The position numbers and the translations under genes were made by a program. Under the pieces are notes generated by a model. The model saw only the letters and a program-made list of their open reading frames with translations, made no database searches and was not told where the DNA came from. Shown here piece after piece: positions 1 to 7,474 of a stretch of DNA of 64,000 nt (within the stretch, counting starts at the first letter, position 1; each line of letters opens with the position of its first letter). The stretch is from contig CAKRYT010000004.1 in NCBI GenBank assembly GCA_934432675.1, positions 19,570 through 83,569 of the forward strand, read 5' to 3'. The stretch is from an uncultured Eubacteriales bacterium (GTDB lineage Bacteria; Bacillota; Clostridia; Oscillospirales; CAG-272).

Positions 1-2
1 AC

Positions 3-269
3 GCCATTGACCTCAAACGTTACGAGATTTTTTCCAACATTGCCACCGTCCTGCTCGGATGGTGCATCATCGTGCAGGCACCTACCGTCATCCGCGAGAT
101 CGGGCAGGTGGGCTTTTTCCTGCTCCTCTCGGGCGGTATCGCCTATACGGCCGGTGCCGTCCTCTACGTGCTCGGCGCGCGTCGACGCGGCTTTCACGCC
201 GTGTTTCATCTCTTCGTCCTTTTCGGCTCCGTCCTCCAATTCTTCTCGATCTTCTTCTTCGTGCTCTGA
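3..269 (+). CDS. Hemolysin-III/PAQR family membrane protein, C-terminal fragment (5' end outside window)
   Basis: Frame 3 is open from the window edge to the stop at 267-269. The tail ...GWCIIVQAPTVIREIGQVGFFLLLSGGIAYTAGAVLYVLG...GFHAVFHLFVLFGSVLQFFSIFFFVL holds the last TM helices and the H-x3-H-LFV signature typical of Hly-III/YplQ proteins. Confidence 0.7.
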   Translation, partial: AIDLKRYEIFSNIATVLLGWCIIVQAPTVIREIGQVGFFLLLSGGIAYTAGAVLYVLGARRRGFHAVFHLFVLFGSVLQFFSIFFFVL

Positions 270-378
270 CCCGACCGCTACGGTGCGGCATCAATACCGC
301 TTGGGACGCTCCCACTTTTTGCGACTTTCCCTCTCTGACTTTCTTTCCCCCACCGACGGGATCCGTTCACCACCTAAA

Positions 379-406
379 ACGCGCCGCCTGCCGCGGCGCG
401 TTTTTC
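379..406 (+). terminator. Rho-independent terminator downstream of the Hly-III gene
   Basis: GC stem ACGCGCCGC / GCGGCGCGT with a 5-nt loop, followed by TTTTT (401-405). Confidence 0.65.
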
Positions 407-415
407 GGAACGGGT

Positions 416-444
416 GTTGCATTTTTCTAATTCCTATGATATTA
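416..444 (+). promoter_or_regulatory. Sigma-A type promoter of the Rrf2-cysE unit
   Basis: TTGCAT (416-421), 17-nt spacer, TATTAT (439-444), with TGa extended -10. It lies 35 nt upstream of the Rrf2 start. The imperfect dyad TCCTAT-N6-ATAGGGA (431-449) overlaps the -10. Confidence 0.6.
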
Positions 445-478
445 TAGGGATATCCATTTTCAGCGGGAGGAATCCGTC

Positions 479-904
479 ATGATGATCTCTACGAAGGGGC
501 GGTACGCGCTCCTCGTTCTCACCGACCTCGCACAGCACGAGGATCAGGGGAATATTTCCCTCAAAGCGATCGCCGGACGCCAGCACGTCTCCATGAAATA
601 CCTGGAAATGATCGTCTCGCTTTTGCGGGAAGGAGGGCTCGTCACCTCCTGCCGCGGCAAAGAGGGTGGCTATCGCCTCGCCCGCCCCGCGACCGATATC
701 CGCGTCAGCGAGATCATCCGTGTGACCGAGGGCTCGCTCGCCATGATGGCGTGCCCCGACTGCGGCACGGAGGGCGTGACCTGCGAACGTGCCGATATGT
801 GCCTGACCCTGCCCATGTGGCAGCGGCTCGAAGTCATCATCGACGACTATCTGTCCAAAATCTCCATCCATGATCTGATCACGGGGCATATCCCCCCGGC
901 ATAA
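479..904 (+). CDS. Rrf2-family transcriptional regulator (IscR/CymR-like, Cys-rich C-terminal part)
   Basis: N-terminus MISTKGRYALLVLTDLA... plus ISLKAIAGRQHVSMKYLEMIVSLLREGGLVTSCRGKEGGYRLA is the Rrf2 winged-HTH signature. A CPDCG..C..ADMC cysteine cluster follows. RBS GGGAGGA at 464-470. It sits upstream of cysE-nifS-nifU. Confidence 0.9.
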   Translation: MMISTKGRYALLVLTDLAQHEDQGNISLKAIAGRQHVSMKYLEMIVSLLREGGLVTSCRGKEGGYRLARPATDIRVSEIIRVTEGSLAMMACPDCGTEGVTCERADMCLTLPMWQRLEVIIDDYLSKISIHDLITGHIPPA

Positions 905-915
905 CGAGGAGCCTT

Positions 916-1737
916 ATGAACAACGACATTCTGACTGCGCTCGCGGCACTTGACCGCGACAGCCGACTGACACCGCACACAACGGATACCCCCGCCCCCG
1001 ACCGCAACGCGGTCATCGACGTCATCAAAGACCTGCAAGCACTTCTGTTCCCCGGCTACTACCGCCGCGCGGGGTCGCCTGCACGGGAAGAGTTGCTCGC
1101 CCGGGTGGAAACGCGCCTGACGGGAGAAGTCGCCGCCGCCCTCCGCTTCCGTGACGAGGGGGGCGACCCCGCGGCACTGACCGGGGCTTTTCTCTCCGCA
1201 CTCCCGACCATCAAATCGATCCTCCTCAAAGACATCGAGGCTCTCTACCTCGGCGACCCGGCGGCGAAGTGCCGGGAGGAGATCCTGCTCTGTTACCCCG
1301 GTTTCTACGCCATCTCCATCTACCGCATGGCCCACGAGCTGTACCGACTCGGCGTCCCGCTCCTGCCCCGCATCATGACCGAATACGCGCATGAGAAAAC
1401 GGGCATCGACATCCACGCGGGTGCCGTCATCGGTGAATACTTCTTCATCGACCACGGGACGGGTATCGTCATCGGTGAAACGACCGTGATCGGACACCAC
1501 GTCAAACTCTACCAGGGCGTCACACTCGGTGCCAAGAGTTTTGAGACGGATGAAAACGGTAACCCCGTGAAGAACATCAAGCGACATCCCGACATCGGCA
1601 ATCACGTGGTGATCTACGCAGGCGCGACCATCCTCGGCGGCTCCACCACCGTCGGTGACGGGGCGACCATCGGGGGCAACGTCTGGCTCACGCACTCGGT
1701 CGAGCCGGGCACCACCGTCGTCTATCGCGAAAAGTGA
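916..1737 (+). CDS. cysE: Serine O-acetyltransferase (EpsC/CysE type)
   Basis: DIEALYLGDPAAKCREEILLCYPGFYAISIYRMAHELY followed by hexapeptide-repeat region GIDIHAGAVIGEYFFIDHGTGIVIGETTVIG..VKLYQGVTLGA. RBS GAGGAG at 906-911. Confidence 0.9.
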   Translation: MNNDILTALAALDRDSRLTPHTTDTPAPDRNAVIDVIKDLQALLFPGYYRRAGSPAREELLARVETRLTGEVAAALRFRDEGGDPAALTGAFLSALPTIKSILLKDIEALYLGDPAAKCREEILLCYPGFYAISIYRMAHELYRLGVPLLPRIMTEYAHEKTGIDIHAGAVIGEYFFIDHGTGIVIGETTVIGHHVKLYQGVTLGAKSFETDENGNPVKNIKRHPDIGNHVVIYAGATILGGSTTVGDGATIGGNVWLTHSVEPGTTVVYREK

Positions 1738-1740
1738 AAT

Positions 1741-1769
1741 GCGCTCCCCTTTCGGGGAGCGTTTTTTTT
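1741..1769 (+). terminator. Rho-independent terminator after cysE
   Basis: Stem CGCTCCCC / GGGGAGCG, loop TTTC, then an 8-T tract (1762-1769), starting 4 nt after the cysE stop. Confidence 0.85.
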
Positions 1770-1833
1770 GACGGGGCGGAATGATTCGCCCCGCCCTCAC
1801 AAAAAATATCGCCGAACGACGCGGTATTTCCCA

Positions 1834-1862
1834 TTGACATTATGGGAATTCTATGATACAAT
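1834..1862 (+). promoter_or_regulatory. Sigma-A type promoter of nifS-nifU
   Basis: TTGACA (1834-1839), 17-nt spacer, TACAAT (1857-1862), with TGa extended -10. The near-palindrome GGGAATT-N8-AATCCC (1844-1865) overlaps the -10. It shares AATTC(C)TATGATA with the Rrf2 promoter. Confidence 0.7.
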
Positions 1863-1900
1863 CCCTACGTAAAAGATAGGAATACAAAAAGGAGCCGACT

Positions 1901-3088
1901 ATGTTGGTTTACGCAGATAACGCCGCCACGACCGAAATGAGCGCAGCGGCAAAAAAAGCACTCTTTGACGCCACGGAGCACGTATGGGGCAATCCGTCCA
2001 GTCTGCATTCGGTGGGACAGGAGGCCAAGACGGTGCTGGAAGGCGCGAGAGAAAAGATCGCCGCCCTGCTCGGTGCCGATCCGAAGGAGATTTATTTCAC
2101 CTCCGGCGGGAGCGAGGCGGACAACCAGGCCATCGTCTCCGCGACGCGGAACGGTGCCAAAAAGGGCAAAAAGCATATCGTTTCGACCAAGTTTGAGCAT
2201 CATGCGGTGCTGCACACGCTTGACCGCCTCGCCAAAGACGGCTTTGAAGTGACGCTCGTGGACGTGCACGAAAACGGCGTCGTGCGCCCGGAGGAGATCG
2301 CCGCGGCAATCCGCCCGGACACCTGCCTCGTCTCGGTCATGTACGCCAACAACGAGATCGGCACGATCCAGCCCATCCGCGAGATCGGTGCTATCTGCCG
2401 TGAAAAGAAGGTGCCCTTCCACTGTGATGCCGTGCAGGCAATCGGGCACATCCCCGTCAACGTCAGGGAAGACAACATCGACATGCTGTCACTCTCCGCC
2501 CACAAATTCCACGGCCCCAAGGGTGTCGGCGTCCTGTACGCAAAGCGCGGCATTCTGCTCTCGAACATCATTGACGGCGGCGCGCAGGAGCGCGGCAAGC
2601 GCGCGGGCACCGAGAACATCCCGTCCATCGTCTCCATGGCGGCGGCACTGGAAGAATCGGTCGCACATATGACGGAAAACGCGGAAAAGATCACGCATCT
2701 GCGTGACAGACTCATCGAGGGGCTCTCGAAGATCCCGCACTCCCGCCTCAACGGCGACAGAGAACGGCGCGTCCCCGGCACGGTCAACTTCTGTTTTGAG
2801 GGGATTGAGGGGGAATCGCTCCTGCTCATGCTGGATATGAACGGCATCGAGGCATCCTCCGGCTCCGCCTGCACCTCCGGCTCACTCGACCCGAGCCACG
2901 TTCTGCTCGCCATAGGGCTCCCGCACGAGATCGCGCACGGCTCACTCCGCCTCTCTCTTTCGGAATACAATACCGACGCGGACGTTGATCACATCCTCGC
3001 GACCGTCCCCGGCGTCGTCACCTACCTCAGGAACATGTCCCCGGTGTGGGAAAACCTCGAAACCGGTAAGCAGCCGCACCTTATTTAA
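1901..3088 (+). CDS. nifS: Cysteine desulfurase NifS (class V aminotransferase, PLP-dependent)
   Basis: MLVYADNAATT..., PLP-lysine context LSLSAHKFHGPKGVGVLY, and the active-site loop SSGSACTSGSLDPSHVL. RBS AAAGGAG upstream. It is followed by nifU. Confidence 0.95.
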   Translation: MLVYADNAATTEMSAAAKKALFDATEHVWGNPSSLHSVGQEAKTVLEGAREKIAALLGADPKEIYFTSGGSEADNQAIVSATRNGAKKGKKHIVSTKFEHHAVLHTLDRLAKDGFEVTLVDVHENGVVRPEEIAAAIRPDTCLVSVMYANNEIGTIQPIREIGAICREKKVPFHCDAVQAIGHIPVNVREDNIDMLSLSAHKFHGPKGVGVLYAKRGILLSNIIDGGAQERGKRAGTENIPSIVSMAAALEESVAHMTENAEKITHLRDRLIEGLSKIPHSRLNGDRERRVPGTVNFCFEGIEGESLLLMLDMNGIEASSGSACTSGSLDPSHVLLAIGLPHEIAHGSLRLSLSEYNTDADVDHILATVPGVVTYLRNMSPVWENLETGKQPHLI

Positions 3089-3131
3089 CGCAAAAATATC
3101 AGGAACAAGCCTTCATAAAGGAGATACGAAA

Positions 3132-3587
3132 ATGCTATACAGCGAAAAAGTCATGGACCACTTCCAGCATCCGAGAAACGTCGGTAAGATGGATGACGCC
3201 GACGGGATCGGCGAGGTCGGCAACGCCGTCTGCGGCGACATCATGAAAATGTATATTAAGGTGCGCGACGGGATTATCGTGGACGTCAAGTTCAATACCT
3301 TCGGGTGCGGCTCTGCCATCGCGACCTCTTCCATGGCGACCGAGATGATTAAAGGCAAGTCCATCGACGAGGCACTCGCCCTCTCGAATAAGGCGGTCGT
3401 GGAAGCCCTCGACGGCCTGCCGGCGCACAAAATTCACTGCTCCGTCCTCGCGGAGGAGGCAGTCAAGGCGGCGGTCAAGGATTACTATGACAAACACGGC
3501 ATCGCATACGACCCCGAGCAGTTCTGTTCCGGCGACTGTGCCTGCTGCCACGCGCACGATGTCCCTGCGGACGCCGAGCACAAGTGA
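3132..3587 (+). CDS. nifU: Fe-S cluster assembly scaffold NifU/IscU
   Basis: MLYSEKVMDHFQHPRNVGKMDDADGIGEVGNAVCGDIMKMYI...FNTFGCGSAIATSS...HCSVLAEEA carries the three conserved scaffold Cys. I chose the internal ATG at 3132, preceded by AAAGGAG, over the track start at 2985, which overlaps nifS. Confidence 0.92.
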   Translation: MLYSEKVMDHFQHPRNVGKMDDADGIGEVGNAVCGDIMKMYIKVRDGIIVDVKFNTFGCGSAIATSSMATEMIKGKSIDEALALSNKAVVEALDGLPAHKIHCSVLAEEAVKAAVKDYYDKHGIAYDPEQFCSGDCACCHAHDVPADAEHK

Positions 3588-3644
3588 CGTTTCCCTCGGC
3601 ACGGGGGGAGGAGCCACGCCGCAAGGCGGGGTGTAATAACAGAG

Positions 3645-3680
3645 AGGAGCCGGAAAAACGCGGCTCCTCCCTGTTTTTTC
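3645..3680 (+). terminator. Rho-independent terminator after nifU
   Basis: Stem GAGGAGCCG / CGGCTCCTC with an 8-nt loop, followed by CCTGTTTTTTCTTTT. Confidence 0.75.
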
Positions 3681-3800
3681 TTTTCTTTCCGTTTCCTACC
3701 GCTCCGCGCGGTGCCATCGCTCGTTTCCCCTTGCCTTTTCGTCCGTTTTGGGGTATGATAAATGTGACCGGAAAAACCATGCATAGCGGAGGTACCTCTC

Positions 3801-4574
3801 ATGACATTCAAAAAAATTGCGATCGTGACCGGGGCGAGCGGCGGTCTCGGCCGTGCCTTTGCCGAACTGCTCGCCGGGGAAGAACTCGACGAGATCTGGG
3901 CAATCGCCCGCAGTGAGGAAAAACTCGGTGCCCTGCGCGAGGTGCTCGGGGAGAGGATCCGCCCCTTTGCCCTCGACCTCACGGAAAATGCGTCCTTTGC
4001 CGTCATCAGCCACGCCCTGGAACTGGAACTGCCGGAGGTGCGCTACCTCGTCAACAATGCCGGATACGGAAAATTCGGTGACTACAACGACGTCTCCATG
4101 GTGGATTCCATGGGCATGATCGATCTGAACATTTCTGCCTTGGTGCGGATGGGGCTCATCGTCCTGCCCTATATGCAGAAGGGGGCACACCTGATCAATA
4201 TTGCCTCGCAGGCATCTTTTCAGCCGCTCCCCTACCTGAATATTTACGCCGCGACCAAAGCCTTCGTGCGGAATTATACCCGTGCCCTGAACGTGGAACT
4301 CGCCGACCGCGGCATCACGGCGACCGCCGTCTGCCCGGGCTGGATCAGGACCGGGTTCTTCGCCCGCGGTGACATCGGCGCGGATAAGACCGCGCGGCGT
4401 TACCCGCACATGGCGAACCCCCGCGACGTCGCAAAGAAAGCACTCCGCGATGCCCGCCGCGGACGCGATATGTCCGTCTTCGGCGGTTACGTCAAACTGT
4501 GCCGTCTCGGGAGCGCGCTCGTCTCGCAAAAGACCGCCATGCGTTTCTGGCTCCGTATGCAGAAACTGCGCTGA
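3801..4574 (+). CDS. Short-chain dehydrogenase/reductase (SDR) family oxidoreductase
   Basis: N-terminal Rossmann motif IAIVTGASGGLGRAF, NNAG motif (LVNNAGYG), and catalytic Y-x3-K (YAATKAF). RBS GGAGG at 3788-3792. Confidence 0.9.
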   Translation: MTFKKIAIVTGASGGLGRAFAELLAGEELDEIWAIARSEEKLGALREVLGERIRPFALDLTENASFAVISHALELELPEVRYLVNNAGYGKFGDYNDVSMVDSMGMIDLNISALVRMGLIVLPYMQKGAHLINIASQASFQPLPYLNIYAATKAFVRNYTRALNVELADRGITATAVCPGWIRTGFFARGDIGADKTARRYPHMANPRDVAKKALRDARRGRDMSVFGGYVKLCRLGSALVSQKTAMRFWLRMQKLR

Positions 4575-4790
4575 CCCGACGCTCGCAGATGATACCGCGC
4601 GGTGCCGCGCAACCGGGCTCCGCGCCGTCATACATGCACCGTAAGACCTCCTGCCGCGGGATGCCGCACCGGGTCACAATCACGCCCCCGCAACACCGCC
4701 GGAAACGGCCGTGCGGGCGTCCTGCGCCCCCGGCAACTGTCGGTGCCGCACTGCCTGCCCCGACACCCACGGGAGCCTTTCCCCGCCGCC

Positions 4791-4819
4791 CTTGACAAAA
4801 CGGCGGGGATTTGTTATAC
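4791..4819 (+). promoter_or_regulatory. Sigma-A type promoter of the AraC-family gene
   Basis: TTGACA (4791-4796), 17-nt spacer, TATACT (4814-4819), with TGt extended -10. Confidence 0.7.
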
Positions 4820-4828
4820 TGCATATGA

Positions 4829-4842
4829 GTTAGCATATGCTA
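4829..4842. promoter_or_regulatory. Perfect 14-bp palindrome (candidate operator) just downstream of the AraC promoter
   Basis: TTAGCATATGCTAA is its own reverse complement. It sits 10 nt after the -10 box and just before the RBS AAAGGAG (4846-4852). Confidence 0.45.
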
Positions 4843-4861
4843 ACCGAAAGGAGTCCATGCT

Positions 4862-5845
4862 GTGACAACCGGTTACAATGCCTGCCCGGAGGCAACGCAA
4901 CGGGACCTGTGCACCGTCGGGGAGAGCAGCCGGGCGGGCGTCCGCCTGACGCGCTACCCCGTCTTTCCCGGCATCACCCTCATCTACCGCGACATCCACG
5001 CCGTCTCGCAGGAAGAGAAGGGCGTCGGAGACGCGCGCGTGCTTGAAATCCGCCACTGTTTTGAGGGGCGGATGGAATATACCGTGGGGGAGGATACCTA
5101 CTGCCTCGCCCCCGGCGACCTCTCCGTCTCGGAGATCGGCGCATGCCCGCGGGAAACGCGTTTTCCGACCGGGCACTTTCACGGTGTCTCCGTCCTCATC
5201 GACATTGACCGTGCGCCGGGATGTCTTTCCTGTCTTTTGGAAGACGTGAACGTGGAGCCGCTCGCCCTCGCCGAAAAATTCTGCGGAGGAGGCAGGGTCT
5301 ACGTTTCGCACTCCTCCCCGCGCGTCGAACATATCTTTTCGGAATTGTACGGCGTGCCGCAGGAGTTACGGAAAGGGTACTTCAAAGTCAAGGTCCTGGA
5401 ACTTCTTCTGTTCCTTTCCTCCCTCTCCCCCGAGAACGACGAGAGTGCCGCCCACCGTGTCACCGGGACGCAGGTGCGCCTCGCCGGAAAGATCGCGCAA
5501 TACCTCGACGAAAACATGGAGGAAAAGGTGACCCTCGGACAACTGCAAAAGAAGTTCGGCGTCTCCGCCGCACAGATCCGCAGCTGTTTCCTCCGCGTAT
5601 GGGGCATCAGTTCCGCCACCTATATCCGCCGCGAGAAAATGAAGCGCGCGGCGAAGGCACTCACGGACACCGACCGGACGGTACTGGATATTGCCCTGGA
5701 ATACGGGTACGACAACGCCTCCAAATTTGCCAAGGCGTTCCGCTCGGTCATGGGGGCCGCCCCCGCCGCCTATCGGGGCGGCTCGTGGCAGAATTCCTAC
5801 GCACCGGCGGACGCGCGCACGGCGACGGAAACCGCGGATAACTGA
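4862..5845 (+). CDS. AraC/XylS-family transcriptional regulator (cupin-like N-domain plus C-terminal dual HTH)
   Basis: The C-terminus KIAQYLDENMEEKVTLGQLQKKFGVSAAQIRSCFLRVWGISSATYIRREKMKRAAKALTDTDRTVLDIALEYGYDNASKFAKAFRSVMGAAPAAYR is a canonical AraC HTH pair. GTG start at 4862, about 9 nt after GGAG. The nearby ATG at 4857 terminates after 2 codons. Confidence 0.88.
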   Translation: MTTGYNACPEATQRDLCTVGESSRAGVRLTRYPVFPGITLIYRDIHAVSQEEKGVGDARVLEIRHCFEGRMEYTVGEDTYCLAPGDLSVSEIGACPRETRFPTGHFHGVSVLIDIDRAPGCLSCLLEDVNVEPLALAEKFCGGGRVYVSHSSPRVEHIFSELYGVPQELRKGYFKVKVLELLLFLSSLSPENDESAAHRVTGTQVRLAGKIAQYLDENMEEKVTLGQLQKKFGVSAAQIRSCFLRVWGISSATYIRREKMKRAAKALTDTDRTVLDIALEYGYDNASKFAKAFRSVMGAAPAAYRGGSWQNSYAPADARTATETADN

Positions 5846-5873
5846 AAAATACGCAAAACATACAATCCATACA

Positions 5874-5920
5874 ATCGGAGCCACGGAGCACCTTTTCGGA
5901 GCGGTCGCGGCTCCGATTTT
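5874..5920 (+). terminator. Probable terminator after the AraC gene
   Basis: ATCGGAGCC (5874-5882) pairs with GGCTCCGAT (5909-5917) around a structured loop, followed by TTTT. Confidence 0.5.
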
Positions 5921-5961
5921 CGTCTATACTGATGACAGAGAGACGAAGGGAGGCGCGCCGG

Positions 5962-6516
5962 ATGCCGGAAGAACTGATGGTACATTACTGTGCCCCGACA
6001 CTCGCCGGACTGAAAACCGGCAGTATGTTCTCCTGCGAGGTGGAGGATAAAGCCGCTCTCACGCGCGGTCTTGTTGCCTATAACCGTATCCTCGTCCCGC
6101 GGGGGCTGCGTGCCGTCCCCCTCCGTTTCTCCGACCGGCGGGCACTCATCTACGTGTATCGTCCGGGGCGGCTCGCGCACGACCTCGAAAAAGAGGCGGC
6201 GAAAGACATTCTCGCCGCGCGGTGCTACCCCGTCGGGCAGGCAGAACGGTGTACGGCGGAACTCGCACGGCGCGTCCGCCTGTCGGGAGAATTCCCGCAC
6301 GAGGTCGGGCTCTTTCTCGGTTACCCGCCCGAGGATGTCGCCGGTTTTATCCGCAACGGCGCGCGCGATGCCAAATGCGTAGGTGCCTGGAAAGTCTACG
6401 GTGATGAGAAAAAAGCCCGCAGGACCTTTCGCCGTTTTGAAGCCTGCACGCGGGCGTATCGCCGTGCCTACGGTCGCCGCGCGACGCTCGGCGACCTGAT
6501 CCGCAAGGATCGCTGA
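5962..6516 (+). CDS. DUF3793-family protein
   Basis: MPEELMVHYCAPTLAGLKTGSMFSC...FPHEVGLFLGYPPEDVAGFI...KCVGAWKVYGDEKKARRTF resembles the DUF3793 family, which commonly sits beside flavodoxin genes in Clostridia. The start was moved to ATG 5962, 9 nt after GGGAGG at 5947-5952. Confidence 0.75.
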   Translation: MPEELMVHYCAPTLAGLKTGSMFSCEVEDKAALTRGLVAYNRILVPRGLRAVPLRFSDRRALIYVYRPGRLAHDLEKEAAKDILAARCYPVGQAERCTAELARRVRLSGEFPHEVGLFLGYPPEDVAGFIRNGARDAKCVGAWKVYGDEKKARRTFRRFEACTRAYRRAYGRRATLGDLIRKDR

Positions 6517-6568
6517 CCAAACGAAGATCACCGCCCTGCGGCGGCATGATGAAAAAGGAGAGGATACC

Positions 6569-6994
6569 ATGAAAAAAGCAGCAATCGTTTATTGGAGCGC
6601 AACGGGAAATACGGAAGCGATGGCGGGGGCCGTCGCGGCGGGAGCCAAAGAGGCGGGGGCGGAAGTCTCGCTCCTCACGGCCGACGCCTTTGATGCCAAT
6701 CTCGTCGGCGCGTTCGATGCCGTAGCATTCGGTTGCCCCGCGATGGGGGCGGAAGAATTGGAAGAGGGCACGTTTGCCCCTCTGTTTGACGCCTGCCGTC
6801 CGTTGCTCGGCGGGAAACGGATCGCGCTCTTCGGCTCCTACGGCTGGGGCGACGGCGAATGGATGCGTAATTGGGAGGCGGATTGCGTCGCCGCCGGCGC
6901 GGTGTTTGCCGCCGACAGCGTCATCGCCCACGAGGCCCCGGACGAGGAGGCACTTACCGGTTGCCGTGCACTCGGTGCGTCACTGGCACAATGA
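6569..6994 (+). CDS. Short-chain flavodoxin
   Basis: MKKAAIVYWSATGNTEAMA (FMN phosphate-binding loop), GCPAMGAEELEE, and FGSYGWGDGEWM. 141 aa. RBS AAAGGAGAGG upstream. Confidence 0.92.
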   Translation: MKKAAIVYWSATGNTEAMAGAVAAGAKEAGAEVSLLTADAFDANLVGAFDAVAFGCPAMGAEELEEGTFAPLFDACRPLLGGKRIALFGSYGWGDGEWMRNWEADCVAAGAVFAADSVIAHEAPDEEALTGCRALGASLAQ

Positions 6995-7110
6995 AGGACA
7001 GAAGGCCGGCCGCCGTGCTGAAACGGATCGAGAAAAAACTCTTCGCGGCACTTGCCGTTGCCGCCGTCGTCCTCCTGCTCGCGCTCACCGGGATCAGCCC
7101 CCCGGTGTGA
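6991..7110 (+). CDS. Possible 39-aa single-pass membrane peptide, translationally coupled to flavodoxin
   Basis: ATGA overlap with the flavodoxin stop (6991-6994). MKDRRPAAVLKRIEKKLFAALAVAAVVLLLALTGISPPV has a basic N-terminus and one hydrophobic helix. No homology is recognised. Confidence 0.35.
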   Translation: MKDRRPAAVLKRIEKKLFAALAVAAVVLLLALTGISPPV

Positions 7111-7186
7111 CCGCCCGCGCCGGGGTACCCCCGGCACCGTGACCCCCGTTTTTTGCATCGCCCGAAGGGATAAAATGCAACCGTCG

Positions 7187-7217
7187 ACCGCCGACCGCGG
7201 TCGGCGGTTTTCTTTTT
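7187..7217 (+). terminator. Rho-independent terminator closing the DUF3793-flavodoxin unit
   Basis: Stem ACCGCCGACC / GGTCGGCGGT followed by TTTTCTTTTT. Confidence 0.75.
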
Positions 7218-7387
7218 GCGACGGCATTGCCCGTGAAACGGGCAAAATCAGTCGTGTTTTGCCCCCCCGAAAATATTGCATTGTCACCAAAAACAGGCGT
7301 CGGAGCCGGACGAATTTGTGCGCTTTTTCGTCATTCATTTCGGCAACAGATTTTTTACATTTGAGAGAAAAAATGTCGTAAAAAGAC

Positions 7388-7416
7388 TTCACAAATTTGT
7401 TGTTTTATGATATTAT
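7388..7416 (+). promoter_or_regulatory. Sigma-A type promoter of the plus-strand surface/transport operon
   Basis: TTCACA (7388-7393), 17-nt spacer, TATTAT (7411-7416), with TGa extended -10, in an AT-rich island 59 nt upstream of the ATG at 7475. Confidence 0.6.
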
Positions 7417-7425
7417 ATATAGCAT

Positions 7426-7443
7426 AAACGCGCTTGCGCGTTT
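7426..7443. promoter_or_regulatory. Palindrome/hairpin in the 5' leader of the operon
   Basis: AAACGCGC-TT-GCGCGTTT has perfect 8-bp arms, lies 10 nt after the -10 box, and is followed by GAACATATTTT. Confidence 0.4.
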
Positions 7444-7474
7444 GAACATATTTTCTCGAAGGAACCCACGTTAC

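Noticed and set aside
7-447. ORFs 7..447, 59..430 and 88..315 (minus), which overlap the Hly-III fragment and its downstream region.
   Set aside because: These are out-of-frame or antisense Ser/Arg/Pro-rich translations. Only frame 3 gives hydrophobic TM helices with the Hly-III histidine signature.
4492-4865. ORFs in the SDR-AraC intergenic region (4492..4836 minus; 4499..4795 and 4602..4865 plus).
   Set aside because: The translations are Pro/Arg-rich nonsense with no RBS. The region ends in a clear promoter for the AraC gene.
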